A program made the translations under genes and the position numbers. Below the pieces are notes generated by a model, which was not told the origin of the DNA, did no database searches, and was given only the letters and a program-made list of their open reading frames with translations. 64,000 bases of DNA from Mesotaenium endlicherianum. Lineage: Eukaryota. The first letter of the stretch is position 1. Each line of letters opens with the position of its first letter. Location: assembly GCA_009602735.1 (NCBI GenBank), contig WELA01001056.1, positions 196,843 to 260,842 of the forward strand, read 5' to 3'. Shown one piece after another: positions 49,811 through 64,000 of this stretch.

Positions 49811-52800
49811 ATGGCGTACAATGCACAGGCTGGTGCCGTCGGGAATGACGTGGTGGGAGAGCCCGGATCTTCTATGCGCGGAGTTACCGGAAGGTAAGAA
49901 GCATACTCCCTGTAGTCTTGCATTGAGAGTGAAAGATCGTCACGACTTATGAAATGCTTGGGCTTATTGTTGTTTACTTTGATCAGGAAGTGGCCCAGCA
50001 GCAGAGGAGCCCCACAGAACAGTTATTTTAGAGGCTACTTCTGTACTTGCACAGTGAACTATTATTTTTATTAGTTGCCCGCGTATAATTCGCGTTCTCA
50101 ATCTGTTAGTTGGAAGTTACTTTTCTTATTCAGGCTCGGCACCATCATAGTTGATAGTCAACTAGGCTGAAGGAGCACTCTGTTTTTTTTGCAGGGAATC
50201 AATCTTTTCCGCCGATGTGGGTGACGACAAGGATGTCTCTCCCATGTTCGATCTTCCTGTCGACTCGGAACACAAGGCAAAGAAGATCAAAATCTTCAGG
50301 TATGTCTTAAGGATCCGCAAGTGCATTTGGGGCTTGTCTTGCTGCCTGGATCGCTTTCGAGCTGGAAATTTAAGTAGTAACCCGTCACAAATTTCTCTTG
50401 GACTATCAAGGCACATATATCCTGCTGTTTGCCCTGGTACTTGTGGTCGTGAGCACTCTTCCACCTCCTGCAGCCGTGGAGAAGTGACCAGATCTCTGTG
50501 ACTCCTTTTGGCAGCTTGAAGCAGCCACACATGAGAGCCTTCCACTTGTCGTGGTTCCACTTCTTCATAGCGTTTTGCTCCGCTTTTGCTGGTAAGTTGG
50601 GATCTGCCCTTGTCTCGATCATTCCATGAAGCAGCCTGTAGACAAGGAATTATGTTAGCTGCCTCACTTTGCAGTTGCAGCAGCCATGGCAGAGGCGAAA
50701 CTCGTCTGCCACAATCTGCTCTATCCTGGTGGCCACTCGATCTCAGCCTGCTAAAGCCTTCTCGTTGGTTGTGCAGTGCCCCCCCTGAACCCCATCATCC
50801 GCGACAACCTGAACCTGACAAAGACTGATCTCGGGAACTCTGGCATTGCTGCCATCTCGGGAGCTATTGCCGCCCGTGTTGCCATTGGTAAGTTTGCCCC
50901 TTCCCCCACTCCTGTTCCCCCCNNNNNNNNNNNNNNNNNNNNNNNNNNNNNNNNNNNNNNNNNNNNNNNNNNNNNNNNNNNNNNNNNNNNNNNNNNNNNN
51001 NNNNNNNNNNNNNNNNNNNNNNNNNNNNNNNNNNNNNNNNNNNNNNNNNNNNNNNNNNNNNNNNNNNNNNNNNNNNNNNNNNNNNNNNNNNNNNNNNNNN
51101 NNNNNNNNNNNNNNNNNNNNNNNNNNNNNNNNNNNNNNNNNNNNNNNNNNNNNNNNNNNNNNNNNNNNNNNNNNNNNNNNNNNNNNNNNNNNNNNNNNNN
51201 NNNNNNNNNNNNNNNNNNNNNNNNNNNNNNNNNNNNNNNNNNNNNNNNNNNNNNNNNNNNNNNNNNNNNNNNNNNNNNNNNNNNNNNNNNNNNNNNNNNN
51301 NNNNNNNNNNNNNNNNNNNNNNNNNNNNNNNNNNNNNNNNNNNNNNNNNNNNNNNNNNNNNNNNNNNNNNNNNCCCCCCTCTCCCCGCCTTGTTCATATG
51401 TGCAGGCCCCCTGTGTGACATGGTGGGCCCACGCTACGCCGCCTCCTTCCTGCTCATGGGCGTGGTCCCCGCCGTGTGCGCCATGGCCACCGTGCGCGAC
51501 GCGGCGGGCTACCTGATCACGCGCTTCTTCATCGGCCTCGGGCTGGCCAGCTTCGTGACGTGCCAGTACTGGATGAGCTCCATGTTCAACGCGCGCATCG
51601 TTGGCCTCGCCAACGGCGTGACGGCCGGCTGGGGCAACCTGGGCGGCGGCTTCATTCAGCTCGTCATGCCCGTGTTCTTCGCCATCATCCGCGACTCCTG
51701 CAACTCGCCCAAATTCACGGCGTGGCGCATCGCCTTCTTCATCCCCGCGCTCGCGCACATCATCACCGGCCTTGTGCTGCTCACCTTCGGCCAGGACTGC
51801 CCCGACGGCCAGTACCTCTCCATGGTCCGCTCCGGGCAGCGCAAGATGGACAAAGCCTCCAAGGTACTCCCCCCCCCNCCCACACCCGCTGGCAACTCAC
51901 AAGCGCTCTCACGTGCGATGCCTGCACACACGTCTTGATGCGTTGCACGTTGTAGAAAGGTTCATGCATAGGCAACCAGGTTTTGGTTCTCCTTACTTCA
52001 CCTGCTTTCTACTGTTCTGGCCTAGCTCGTGGCTTGTGGGCTTGCAATGCCTTTCTCCCTTTTGGTGTGTCTAGGGAAGACAGAGGGTCTGAGCCAGCAG
52101 GCGACAACAGCCAAGGGACTTTTCTGACAAGACGGTGTGTGTGCCTGCCCGCCTTTGCCTCAGGTGGTCCTGAATGCGTTCACCAACTACCGCGCGTGGA
52201 TCATGGCCCTCACGTACGGCTACTGCTTCGGCGTGGAGCTCACGGCCGACAACATCTTGGCTGAGTACTTCCACGACCGCTTCAACATGGACGTGGGCAA
52301 GGCCGGCAGCATTGCATGTGAGGCCCTTCACCCCCTCACCCCCTCCCCTGAGTTTGTCTTCTCTCCTCCTCGTGTCATCGCATCATCATCGCAGTGGCAC
52401 TGCAGAGCCCCCGCACGACTCTGGCACCCCAGCGGTGGGGATATCCACTCTTGTGTGGCCTTTGATCCGTTTGTTGTTGAACTCAAGATGGCAGCACGTG
52501 CCTGTCTCCTGTTGGTGAGGGAGCTTGCGGCACCTGGCGTGATGGAAAGGAGACAGCCCGGGCTGCCTGACCTGGTTGAACCTGGTAGACGAGTGTACGG
52601 AGCGGGTGGGGTCCCGGTTGTGGTTGTGACTTCTTGGTCATTTTTATCTTGCACCTCTCGGGGTGGTTGCTACCTGGAGTCAGGGGCATGCATTTATCCT
52701 CAAGCAGCTGCAGGGTGAAACTCGATCACAATGTGCACTAGCTCCTACCTCCTAGCCGCCTCCCCTCCCCCACCCACCCCANGTTGCTCCTGCGCAGCCT

Positions 52801-53812
52801 CCTTCGGGCTCATGAACATCTTCTCGCGGCCATCGGGAGGCATCATCTCCGACCTGGTGGCGCGTCGCTTCGGCATGAGGGGCCGCCTGTGGGCGCTCTG
52901 GATGTTCCAGACCCTGGGCGGCGTGTTCTGCATCACCATGGGCTTCATGGACACTCTGTCGTCGTCCATCGCCGTCATGATTGTCTTCTCCTTCTTTGTG
53001 GAGGCGGCGTGCGGCATGACGTTTGGAATCATCCCCTTCATCTCTCGGAGGTCGCTTGGAATCGTGTCAGGCATGACCGGTGCCGGAGGAAACTTGGGCT
53101 CTGCAGTCACGCAGGTGTGATCCTGCACCATCCTGCCTCTCCCTGCTGCCCAGCCTCCACCTTGTGAAAGATGGTCCTCCCATCTACTTCATTTCTTGCT
53201 CCTCTCTGCTGGGGGTAGATCCTTGAGGAACCTTGAGCTTGTCTACTAATTTTCATCCTCGAAAAAAAATCTCTCTTTACCACATCATTCATATGGCAGT
53301 CATCTGCTTTTCTTTCGGCCCTTCCAAGCCTGACAGGCAACTTCTTTTCAGCACATCTAAATTGCACCTTGTAACATACTTGCAATCGATGACCTCTGCC
53401 CACTCGTCAGGGCTGAAGAGAGAGCCAGGTTGCAAGTGCCCCTGAATGACGGTTGCTGATGCGCGCGCACGCCTGGCTGTTCCTGTTTTGACGTGCACAG
53501 GCCTCCTTCTTCACCAAGAACCCCTGGACCACGGAGACGGGCCTGAAGTACATGGGCATCATGATTGTGGGAGTGTGCCAGCTCCTGTGGCTCATGCACT
53601 TCCCCCAGTGGGGCGGCATGCTGTTCCCCGCCTCCAAGAAGTCCAACGCGACGGAGGAGGGCTACTACGGGGGGGAGTACAACGAGGATGAGAAGGCCAA
53701 GGGTCTGCACGTGAGCTCCATGAAGTTCGCCGAGAACGCCAAGGGCGAGCGTGGAGCCAAAGGCACCCTTAATGCTGAAGAGGCTGATGCGAGGAAGCCA
53801 ACCGAAGTCTGA
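49811..53812 (+). CDS. NRT2: High-affinity nitrate transporter; exons 49811-49893, 50195-50299, 50515-50591, 50777-50887, 51406-51863, 52164-52317, 52798-53114, 53501-53812
   Basis: [64 protein letters not shown] introns keep the frame; AATAAA near 54028. Confidence 0.95.
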
Positions 53813-55493
53813 TACTGAAGCCTAAGTGGACACCTCTCTGCTACTATGGGTGATAGGAACTTGTTAAGCCGCCTTGACTCCTGATTTACTTATACGCATC
53901 TGTAGGATAGACATTGAAAATCTATTGGGAGAGCTTAAGGGTAGCACATTAGAAGCATGCATCAATGTACATGGTACAGGAAGTAGGTTATAGAGTATAT
54001 TATTTGATTTTGGGCCATGCACCAGGGAATAAAGCAGGCTGCATACTCTCTAGGTCTGCAGTGTTAATAGTCTTCAAATTCCTGCACATGGTGTAGCAGG
54101 GCAAGGGGCATACAATATTGAATAGACAACAATCTAACAATCTCTGTTTTATGAAGTGCTTTCTCAAGGGTGAGGATGTCTTTACAACGCGATTGCAATA
54201 GGCACGTGAGGGTGAATTTTATGATAGAGTCGTGATGGGATGAAAGACTGACACAAAAAGATGCGGAAGAGAGCGTACACATCTCGGTGCAATCCTGGGT
54301 TTATGCCCAGTTATTAGGCAGATCTTGACAATCTGAGCTCAAACTTCTTCTTTGGAGTATTGCGAGTAATCAGAGGTGTGAGGTGATATTTTACAATGTG
54401 CACAAAATTAGTGCTCCATACTATCATTGTGTTTAACAACTTAACATTACACTGACTTTTATCACGCTTTTGATGAGTTTGGGAAAGCCTCACCTAGAAT
54501 TACTACATAACGTGGAAATACTACCTGCAGAACCTTATCCTCCACAATTAACCTTAATCCTCCAAAAGTTCCATCACCTACCTGGACCCACACTCACGCT
54601 AGCTTCCAGGTTCCTTGTACCTCAGGAGTTGTTGATCATAGCTAGCCTTGTTACAGCTGGCTATATGCAGCAGCCCGTACTCGAAAGACAGGACTGATAT
54701 CCATCAACTCCACTATCAGCTCACCACTCCGAGGGAACATCAACATCTCACTGCAGCGTCTCTCACACACATGGGCCCAACTGAGCTTCGACAATGCCAT
54801 GGGTGGATGGAAAAGAGGTAGCAGATTACTTACTTGGCCTGCTGCAATGGCACGACAAAAGCATGCATGTTTCTCACAGATATCAAGACTTTTGAGTCTC
54901 GAGAGCGAGGGTTTCTTTTCACGCTAACAAAACATCAAACTTCAGTTTGCGAACCTTCAATTCCACTTTATATGGTTGAAAGCGTATGCATTACTTTCAA
55001 GGTCAAAGTTCTTGATGCAATAGTTTACAGGACATTCAATCAATTTTAATAACTGAAGCCTGGCACATCACCATGTCAAAGTGTGTAACACGTTCAAATT
55101 GGCCAGCAATGGCATGACAAAACGGCGAAGGGAGTATCTATAAGAAACTCCTAGAAGCTACTTTATAGTAGACATAAATGTGATACCCTATACAATCTTA
55201 ACAACACCAGCAAGCTACTGCTGTGCTTGAACCTCATATCTGGAGGTAGACAACAATAGCTACAATCTCGTACCCTTTTCAATATCATCTCTGTGCTTGC
55301 ATCCCTGAATAAATCCTGAAGAAACCTCACGTGTCGTACCCTTTACCTACCTGGAGTACACCCCCCCTCTTGCAGCAAAGAAGACGAGAAAAGCTGAAAC
55401 GTGCAGACAATGCAAGTAGTACACCTGATATCCGTCATTTTCATACATTGAAGAAGGAAGGGCAAAGAAGAGCGAAGGGTGTAGACGATGAAC

Positions 55494-57085
55494 CTAATAT
55501 CTGTACTTGGTGGAGTAGTCCTTGGGAGCTACGACAAGACCCCGGCCTTTCCTGGCCCCTCGGTACACAGTCTCCACAATATCAATGAACTCCTGCTTGT
55601 CCTTGAGGGCCCAGTTGATCTTGTTGTTGTTCCCCGTCCCGAGATCAATCATGATGTGCTTGTTGCGGAAGAAGAACATGACGGTGCACGGGTCGTAGAG
55701 CTCGTACATGGTGTTGAAGTCGGGCACTTCTGTGATGTCGGCCAGGTAGATGACCGCAAAGTTCTTTATCGTCTCGGCCACTCCCGCCAGCACCTCGTCC
55801 ATCTGCATTGACATCGGCAGCAGGGGGGCGGCAGAGGGGTGCAAGGGAGAGGGTTCACATACGCATACACGCATACACGCACATCGCGAGCTTGAGTACA
55901 CCCTCATGCAACCTTCTCTCAAAGAGATAGACAAGTGCACATGATGGAAGAGATGGAGATACATAGAGTGCTTACTTCCCAGACTTGCTAACCTTCGTCG
56001 TACTACTTGCCATTGATAGCCCAAACAGCGTAAGTATGGGTTTGACGCAGAGGGGATCAAGAGATATGCAGATCAGCAGTCCGTCCGCAGAGCTAATGGT
56101 GCCTCATCGCACAGCTTTGAGAGTTTTCCAAGTGGTATCCATCAGCTTTCGCTCTCATTTCTAAGCTTGAAACATATGGCCACAGGTACTGAGGTTGTGT
56201 GCAAGGCTACAGGTTGTAGTATGGCATGTGACATCACCAAACCAAGAGCCAGAGATGCCGAGGGTTGCTTCCAAGCTCTTGACAAAGGAGCAAGTTATGA
56301 GGACTAACTCGAACTGGAAGCACAGTACATTCTGCTGCTAGAAAGTTTGCAAGTATTCCTCTATATACAAAACAATCAATGTTGGGGTTTTTGAACAATA
56401 AACTCCATAGCTTGAGGGTTATAGCTAGAGTTGCCACGCCCGGTAAAGTAAAGCCCTCCTCTGTCAAATTAGCAAGGTCGTTGCTGCCAACCCGGGCAGG
56501 TGTCTACAATACAGCCAAGGAAATGCCTCTTGAACCTAGGATCACGTTCTCGAGACTGTAAGCGTTTTTCTTCAAGGGCTATAAAAACTACCGATCGTGC
56601 CGGCTGAAGGAAAGCACACAGCGATGCTTTGTTTGGGGAAAGTGAGGAGACTGGAGGGGGAGAAAACCATGTATGGCCACAATATCTCGAGCTAGAGGCA
56701 AACAGGTGACCCGTTTCCTCATGACCAAGCATAAGCTGCTCCAAAAGACCATCACTGCTCCTACTTTATATACTCATATTGCAAGGAGATACTAAACGAG
56801 TCATTGATTGCATAGCAACTTTGTGAAATGATGATTAAGAGGCCGAATTGAACTTCCATCGCGCATCCCTCCATATCCACGTTATGCCAGGTAGATAAAC
56901 TTGCCCTCATCCACTAAGTAATTAAGCTTAATTTAATAAAGCTTGATAACTGGCATGGTTTTTACCTGCATACAAGTCTCATCCCAATCGTGCCCGAATC
57001 TTATGACTACAACACGCTCTTCTTCTCCTAAAATAGCCTGGTCAACAGCGTATCCACTGTGAAGATGAGGTAACAAGTAAGACAT
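55494..57085 (-). CDS. DIM1: Thioredoxin-like U5 snRNP protein, 142 aa; exons 57085-56966 and 55802-55494
   Basis: MSYLLPHLHSGYAVDQAI...RFGHDWDETCMQ|MDEVL...KDYSTKYRY (DIM1/YLS8/TXNL4A). Confidence 0.97.
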
Positions 57086-59523
57086 ACTGAACCACGTCAG
57101 AGGTCAGACCAAATTACACTCTCTACTTGCAATTTATGGCCTCTACTCAAGCAGCTATCGGTGCGTTAGTGTTAGAGAGGCGTCAACTGGGAGCACGTTT
57201 GCTTGTTCCTTTTCGATCAAAGATACAAACTTCTTCACAGAAGACAATCAGCTCGTTACAATAGACGAAATGGTAGTAGCGATGCCGTGGGAACTATATC
57301 TTATTCAACACCAACAAGTGAAGAATCGATTCAGGACGCTCGCGAAGGGGAAACAATCATGAACAGACATTTTAGCGTCATGCTTGTATTTCTCGCATCC
57401 TCCGGCTTCGTTCAGCGTAGTTTGGCGTAGTTGCTATTAGCTTTGTTTTTCCTCGCGCCAAAAGGTACGAAAGCCGAGGTTGACTGATGTTTACATACTT
57501 GAACCTGTTGTTGACTTCATGCTGACCCAAAACTGACTTAGGAAAAGAGATTCCGTCCTGCTATCAGCCCTAACAAACAGGAGAAAAAAGTCAATAGGGG
57601 TGCGTAAATTACGACGGCACGCCGGACAAAGAAGAGGGCAGACCTTTCTATTCTATGTTTTATGGATGTTATTTGCTTGTTTGGATGCTAGAATACCCGA
57701 CTCAAACCAAAAGAATGTCTTCTAAAATTTTTACGATTTTGTCAAATTAAGGGGTCTTGAAGAGGGTAATAAAGAGGATCGAAACATACACAAATTAGGG
57801 CGTCATGAGGAACGGTAGTCTTTCACCAATCTTATCTCACGTGAAATTTTGCGTTGAGAGAGTAGGTCTGTTACTTTTCCACCAAGCGGCGCTAAACTCA
57901 ATCCAAGCGCCTACTTTGTGGATCGATTTTGGCCACTTTACTACTTGTGTCTATCCGTGTCGGTGCCCCTGGACACGTGCCTTCACGTGTGGTGTTGACT
58001 TGGTCAACCTTTGTTGGTGGCTTTCACACGTGTGTCGTTGACCTGGTTGATTACAAAGGGCTGTGTCAGTGGATGGGCAGACCTCGTTGATTCTACTCCT
58101 CTGTTGACCTGAAACGGCAAAGCTCAAGTTCTTAATCAGCAGGCTTAGTGTTCACACACTAAATTTACTTTCACCCTTTCCTTTCAAAGGGTTTTAATTG
58201 TTTGCAAAACATATTGGGTGCCTTTGATTCTCCTTACTCGCAATGCAGAAGTGACTACTTCTAGGCGGGTTCTTTACCCATGCCGACGGGTTCACAACGA
58301 TTGTATTTTGTAGAAAGCAACGCAAGAATGAATGGAAATCAAAGAAAGTCGCCTTCTTATACTATCGCGCTACTTTTTATGACGAACAAGCTGGCAAATT
58401 TCTGAACCTACAGCAATCTATTGCTGTTTGGCCAAAATTTATTTGCTCTTAATCACACTTATTACTTTCTCACTGTAAGCTCATATTTTTGAGATTTTTA
58501 GCGACAATTTAGTCTTAGCACTTATTTTTTGCAAAAAATATAAGAACTTCAAAGTTGATTCGCAACTCACCATCTTATGCATACCCATACAAAGAGAAAA
58601 AAAAGTCTTAAAAACGTTGGCAAAAGCGTGGCTTTCAGGCTCCTCGTCGCTCGGAGAATGTCTTTCTTCTCCTTCACGCCTCTCCTTATCTCCTTTTCCG
58701 CATATAATGAATTCCAATACGATGTGTGCTTTTCTCACAAGTATACATGCAAGGTCCACCAGTCACTAATTTACATCCTTAACTTTCTTACACAAAAATT
58801 GGCCTTACAAACCATTTTTTGCCTTTTTCTGTCAAAGTTTTCAAATGCAGAGTAAAAGACCTAAATAAAACCAACATAAATTTTGTATGTTTTTTTTTTT
58901 TTTTTTCCTTACTACCATCTTTCAACTCCGTTTCACTATTCTTCTATGATGTACTTTTTTAGCTTACATCATTAAGAGGTAGGGTACTAAGCATGGTAAT
59001 GAGTAAAAACAACACAAATGTCCGATTTTAGCATGTGACTATCCGCATCATATACAACAACGTTGAGTTGTTTCATGTATCAGTAATGTGTAGTAGATTA
59101 CAAAGTATTATACGATACACTGCAAGTAAACTTTGTTCGTGATTAGGATTGGAATGAAAGTAATACAAGTACAATGCAATTTTCCTATATGAATCCTTGA
59201 GACCTAAAGGCGTATGAGGGAAAGCTTCATGGTTTATAACATTGGCGCCTCTTTCAAGGCTTATTACATTGCCGCAAGCATGATCGGAAAATGTAAAGGT
59301 TATCATATGTTTAATATTTATGCGTTTAAGTTAGGAAGGTAGAGCAAATGAAGAGAAAGTGCTTTGGGCACCGAGTAGCTAATTTTGATATGTGAAGAGA
59401 CGAGGTACAAATTTGGTATAAGAACAATATTTTTGCGAGAAGTTAGGCACATCATTATCGATTGTTAGGTTTAAACATGACTCGGTAAAAGTGTATGGAG
59501 GGTATTTTTGAGTACTTTCATAT

Positions 59524-60247
59524 GGGCGAATTCCCAAACTACATCTACAACTTTGCTTTATTACCAAATATACGTACAGTCTTAAACTTATTCCCAAACT
59601 ACGTACCGCACATGCAATCTACGCACATCATATGTACGACCAGTCATTCTAGGTCCTAGCATTCTAGCACACAAATTCCCACGTTTTCCTACCTAACACG
59701 GTTTTTGTTGCCTGCACATTAGAATTTTTGAAGTGAAACACTTTCACAAAGCAAACAAAGGCTACCACATCAAAGTTTTGGAACACAAGTTTTTTTTCCG
59801 TACGTACCTTTGCTCCTTCATTTTGAAAACTTGATTACATAGATGCTCAACTCCTCGCAATTCTTTCCATCTTCACGTAGGAACGTACTGATATGAAGGC
59901 CTGCCTACCCGCCGCTACGGGCTGTTTTAGCTCCCAACTATAAACTTTATAGTTAGGTGTCCTATTTAGAATGGAGGCGCGGCAAAGGGGTTAAAGAATT
60001 CAAATGCGTGATGATGGAGGAACAAAAGGGTAGTGAGAAGTGCGTCCACAAATTTTTGATGTGGTTGGTTTCGTTTGCTTTGTGAAAAAGTTTCATGTCC
60101 CCCAGGTAGGAAAACGTTGGAATTCGTGTGCTAAAATGTAGAATGACTGGACTTACATGTGCGGTACGTAATATGGGAATAAGTTTGAAATTGTACGTAT
60201 ATTTGGTAGTTAAAGCAAAGTTGAAGACGTAGGTTGGGAATTTGCCC
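59524..60247. mobile_element. Old Mutator-like foldback element
   Basis: Diverged TIRs of about 250-300 bp starting GGGC(G/A)AATTCCCAA; TSD degenerate (CTTTCATAT/ATTTCCAAA). Confidence 0.7.
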
Positions 60248-61404
60248 ATTTCCAAAGTTCGTCGTAGTTTCATCGTTTGTACGTTTGAGGGGTAAACATG
60301 GGTAAAAGGGAAGGTGGATTGACGTGGACAAGTGAATTGGGACGTCGAAGGCTGCGGACGACGCGTAACAAGAGTCTGATTTGGTGGACTGGGCTGGACT
60401 GGGCTACAGAAGGTGGTTTAAGTGGGTTTAAGAAATTGAAAGAAACGAGAGAGTTGAACAATGCTGGTGCATACAAGGTGGAATACACTCTAAAAATCCG
60501 CGGAGGCCGAATGGAAGGATAATGACGCGGAAATGATAATGACGCCCACTTTTTGGGTCGTTCACTGCTAGTTATACTGAAATCAAGGCTTCCGGAATAT
60601 CTGAGCGCTTCGGAGGCTCGTCTAAGTCCGGGATCCGACCTTTTCAGACACCTTTCAGATGCCTTCCTTCGCTTCCCCCCAAATCGACAGGAAAGTTTGT
60701 GTTTTTACATACCAAATTCCTGGCCTTATTGAAAAACGCAAATTGCTGAAACATAGTTCTGAAAATGTTTTCCGTGCGGAAATGTTTTCAATTTTTCACC
60801 TTGCTGATTCGCGATTTCCTGAAGATTGCAATTCCTGAAATCCATATACACACATTAACCAAGGGTTCCACAAGAACTTTTCCGGGCAGTTCTTTACTCA
60901 ATGAGCGATTTAGTTGTCGGTTTTATATAGGCTGGACCAATGAGGTGGTGTTGTGTAACCCAACTCAAACCACGTCTGAATACAGAGGAGCTCACATGAC
61001 TATCATAACGTGCATCTATTTCTATGTTTTACACGCCCATCAATCTATCTTCAGCATCTCCCTCTCGTACGCGAGGTGAGAGGGCGAAGATAGAAACTTG
61101 CTCTCAAATAAGAGCGAGTTGGCTAAGTTGGGTATAATTTAAATTGGATGTGATCGCGGCAGACAACAAGTTGTGCCATGTGATACTTACCATAGAGACA
61201 TGGTTAGATGCTTCAACGATATCAATTTAATGTTTTAATGCCTAAACCCACGCACGCCTCAAAAGTGAGAGAGAGAATTCGCATCCGAAGCGCGTCCAGC
61301 CTCAACCCGAAACGTTATGATTTTGAGTGGACGTTTTGGTCGGTCGAATCTTTTTTAAATATTCCGAATCGCGTAATCCCACAAAAATAATGGAGCTCTA
61401 CCGA

Positions 61405-61942
61405 CAGTGGGGTCCCATTGAGCACAATGACCTAGGTCAAAACGTTTAAGACTGACGCAGAATGTCCGCTGATCCTGATACGCGAAGAATCTTGCCCTAG
61501 GTTCAGGTGAAACGACTTCTGACCTCCCCTAATAGGACCCCTTTGGATCGCGAGGACCTCCGCTCGACGCCGGCCAGAACGGGCAGTCAATTTTGAGCAT
61601 GCATGCCCGGGCTTCAACGAAAGTTCTTGCATTGGCCAATGAAACGCCTGGGTCAAGGCCCAGGAAAAACTTTTCGGACGTAGGGGAGACATATCGTTTA
61701 TAAATGTCCCGTCCGGCAAATCGGGACTCCCTCTTGGGTTAACGGTCTTTCTTTTGGGTCAGTAGGTGACAACATTCTGCTGATTCTGACAATCTTCACG
61801 ATTCTCTGTCTTTTAGAACGATTAAAATGGTGCCTCTAACAACGAAGGAGAGTCCATCGACACACGAGTGAAGAACTCTAGGTCGCGCGCACGTCTGGTC
61901 CACGCCCTAGGGATGCCGATTCTGCTCAATGGGACCCCACTG
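61405..61942. mobile_element. MITE with perfect 20-bp TIR CAGTGGGGTCCCATTGAGCA (Tc1/pogo-like terminus)
   Basis: TIRs 61405-61424 and 61923-61942; expected TA TSD is not intact (GA/TG). Confidence 0.75.
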
Positions 61943-62927
61943 TGAAACGAACCCTGACGGAAGTCGCGTCTGAAAAAGCTTCATTACTGGAGACAGAGGC
62001 GAAGAGTTTCAGTACTGAAATTTTTGAGTGATTCCATAATGAAACGAGATATCAGTATCCGTAATTCCGGAAGGTGTACACTTTACACTTCCTGAAACCG
62101 ATTTCCGGAGCCGAAAAGCGGCTGGGGATTTTTAGAGTGTATGCTAGGAAATCGGGGACATTTCGTCCACTTTTGGTGAAAGTCAAGCATGCCAGGTTAA
62201 GTGCCCCCCTTGTGGCAGCTTGTGGTGCCGTCTGGTGCCGTCAGCCCATGCGTCAGCCCCCAGATTGTGCTTTGCTGATCCTAATGCACCAGTAATGCAC
62301 AGCTGACAGGGACTGGCCAGCGCAGGCCAGAACGGCGCAAAGAATAGAAAGCTCATTATAGCCAATTGTGCCTCAGTATCACCCATCATGGCTTTTATCT
62401 GCTAACGGAACGTAGAAAATTCGATATTTAAAGCTGTTTAAAGCACTCAACGGCGCTCGGGAGCATGGCTGGGAGCAGCTGGGAGCCTGGAAGTCGACTC
62501 TTCACGAGTCCCCCGGAATCGGTAGGAACTTTTCTCCGGACTTTGCTAGACCTCGACTGATTTAATTTTGCCACATGTCGACCTGTCTTAGCCTGTCCAA
62601 GCTCTGATCGTAGGCATGCCAGCGCCAGCTCAACTGAACCGGGCTCTTAGCTGCGCCCCGCATTTGAACTGGCTCATCAGGTTATGATACTTGTGTAGAA
62701 ACGCATCAGGGCAACATCCCACGATTGATGTTATATTGTCGATTCTAGACTGCAGTTCACAACGAGAGACACTATCAGCGTTAGTCCGTAAACGAGGAAA
62801 TATTGCTTATTCTCGAATAAAAACGTCCCGTGTCCTTCGATACAGGTTCATTGTAAGAGTTTACTCTTTAGCAGCTTCCCTCCTGCATCACGTAAAAATT
62901 CGGCAAGGTTGTGCTTCGCTTCGAGAA

Positions 62928-63080
62928 TGGAGCCTACAAATGAAGCAGATTATCCTCAAATCAAGGCCCCAGTAACTGACGTTGCTGAACTGGAGTTAGA
63001 CACTGCAGTTCACGGTGAGGGTTTGCGAGAGGAAGCTGCAGAAAACGGCGAGGGGTCGAAGGACCTGACCGTGGCTGCTG
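62928..63080 (+). other. Possible first coding exon of an unidentified gene or pseudogene
   Basis: ATG, acidic reading frame and G|GTGAGT donor; no recognised homology. Confidence 0.25.
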
Positions 63081-64000
63081 GTGAGTTTCATATAGCTATT
63101 GTCATAACTTTTGTGCATTATTTTGCGATTAGCATCTCTTATCGTCTAGGAATTGACCACAATGGAGAAATTTTATTGGAAGGAACGCTCTGCTAGAAAG
63201 AGCAACGAAGAGTAAGCAAAGACGTCCCAACCAAAGGAGAACAAGCTAGGACTAGGTTGCGGTATAGAAGGGCAACTCAATGACTGATATTTGGCAATCG
63301 CACCCTTGGGCAATTCAAGAGTGATGCATAGTTTGCTTGAGCAATGAAAATGTCACTGAAAGGTACACTCTTCTAATATTGGTGAAGAGAAAGTTGCAAT
63401 ATGCACATTTTACGAGTTCTTTGCTTGCTAGACGGTCGTAGGGTAGAATTGCTTGACATTTTCAAATGGTTTGCAGGAGGAAAGCTAATCAATTGCTGTT
63501 TAAAGTTGCAAGCAACTGGGACAATGGGCACTCATAGAACGCCTCTCATAGTTTTTTGGACTTCTGCATAATATTCATAGTTCCACCTGTTTCCAGTATC
63601 AGAGCTCAACTTGTCGTTTTTACAATGCTGATGCATTTACATAAACGCACTAAATACGGGAAGGACTCTTTGTATCAAACGCATGGGAGGGCTTCAACAC
63701 CATGATGCTTGAACTCTGCCTTTAAGGCTGCCCTCATCCATGTTTCTTGCCCTCTTCCATTTGGTCTTGGCAATGATTTCTCCATAGTGTAGGCCATCAG
63801 TAGCTTCAGTCATAGTGTTGTATTTATGTCTGGAGAAAGTTGACCCGTAAATAACATCCCTTGGGTGCATTTCATGGGCAGCACCTCTGTCCTGCTGTAG
63901 TCATGCTGAACAAAATAACCCGTAAGGATGTGGTTCTGCTCCTGGTGGAGGCAGACACAGAGCAGGTGTCTGCTGGAGCGGGCGAAGTGAGTGTGAAGCA

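Noticed and set aside
50751..51758. Long antisense or gap-spanning ORFs over NRT2
   Set aside because: Shadow of GC-rich codons plus the N gap
55803..56060. N-terminal extension of DIM1 in the ORF track
   Set aside because: Intron read-through; the true exon 1 is 57085-56966
60560..62200. Possible larger TIR element around the MITE (TTCCGGAA, TTTCAG words)
   Set aside because: No clear termini or TSD could be defined by eye

Overview
Eukaryotic nuclear DNA from a green-plant lineage, probably a streptophyte alga (inferred from the NRT2/DIM1 proteins, intron style and TE types). Bases 1-46.5 kb are a deeply nested cluster of Ty3/Gypsy chromodomain LTR retrotransposons from at least four families, labelled here A-D. 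It includes two family-A copies sharing one LTR, a third A copy with a CCACT target-site duplication (TSD), several solo LTRs and a fragment of a probable Replitron HUH transposase. Bases 47-64 kb are genic: an 8-exon NRT2 nitrate transporter (+), a 2-exon DIM1/YLS8 gene (-), and MULE-like and MITE elements. Family A is the most novel-looking system. It carries a large non-env accessory ORF downstream of pol, bracketed by duplicated PPT+hairpin cassettes and preceded by a conserved branch point and splice acceptor, and its LTR holds a ~24-bp-periodic array of 12-bp palindromes. Family D lacks a recognisable gag and has a tRNA-like Pol III A/B-box unit in its LTRs. All calls were made by eye, with no database searches.
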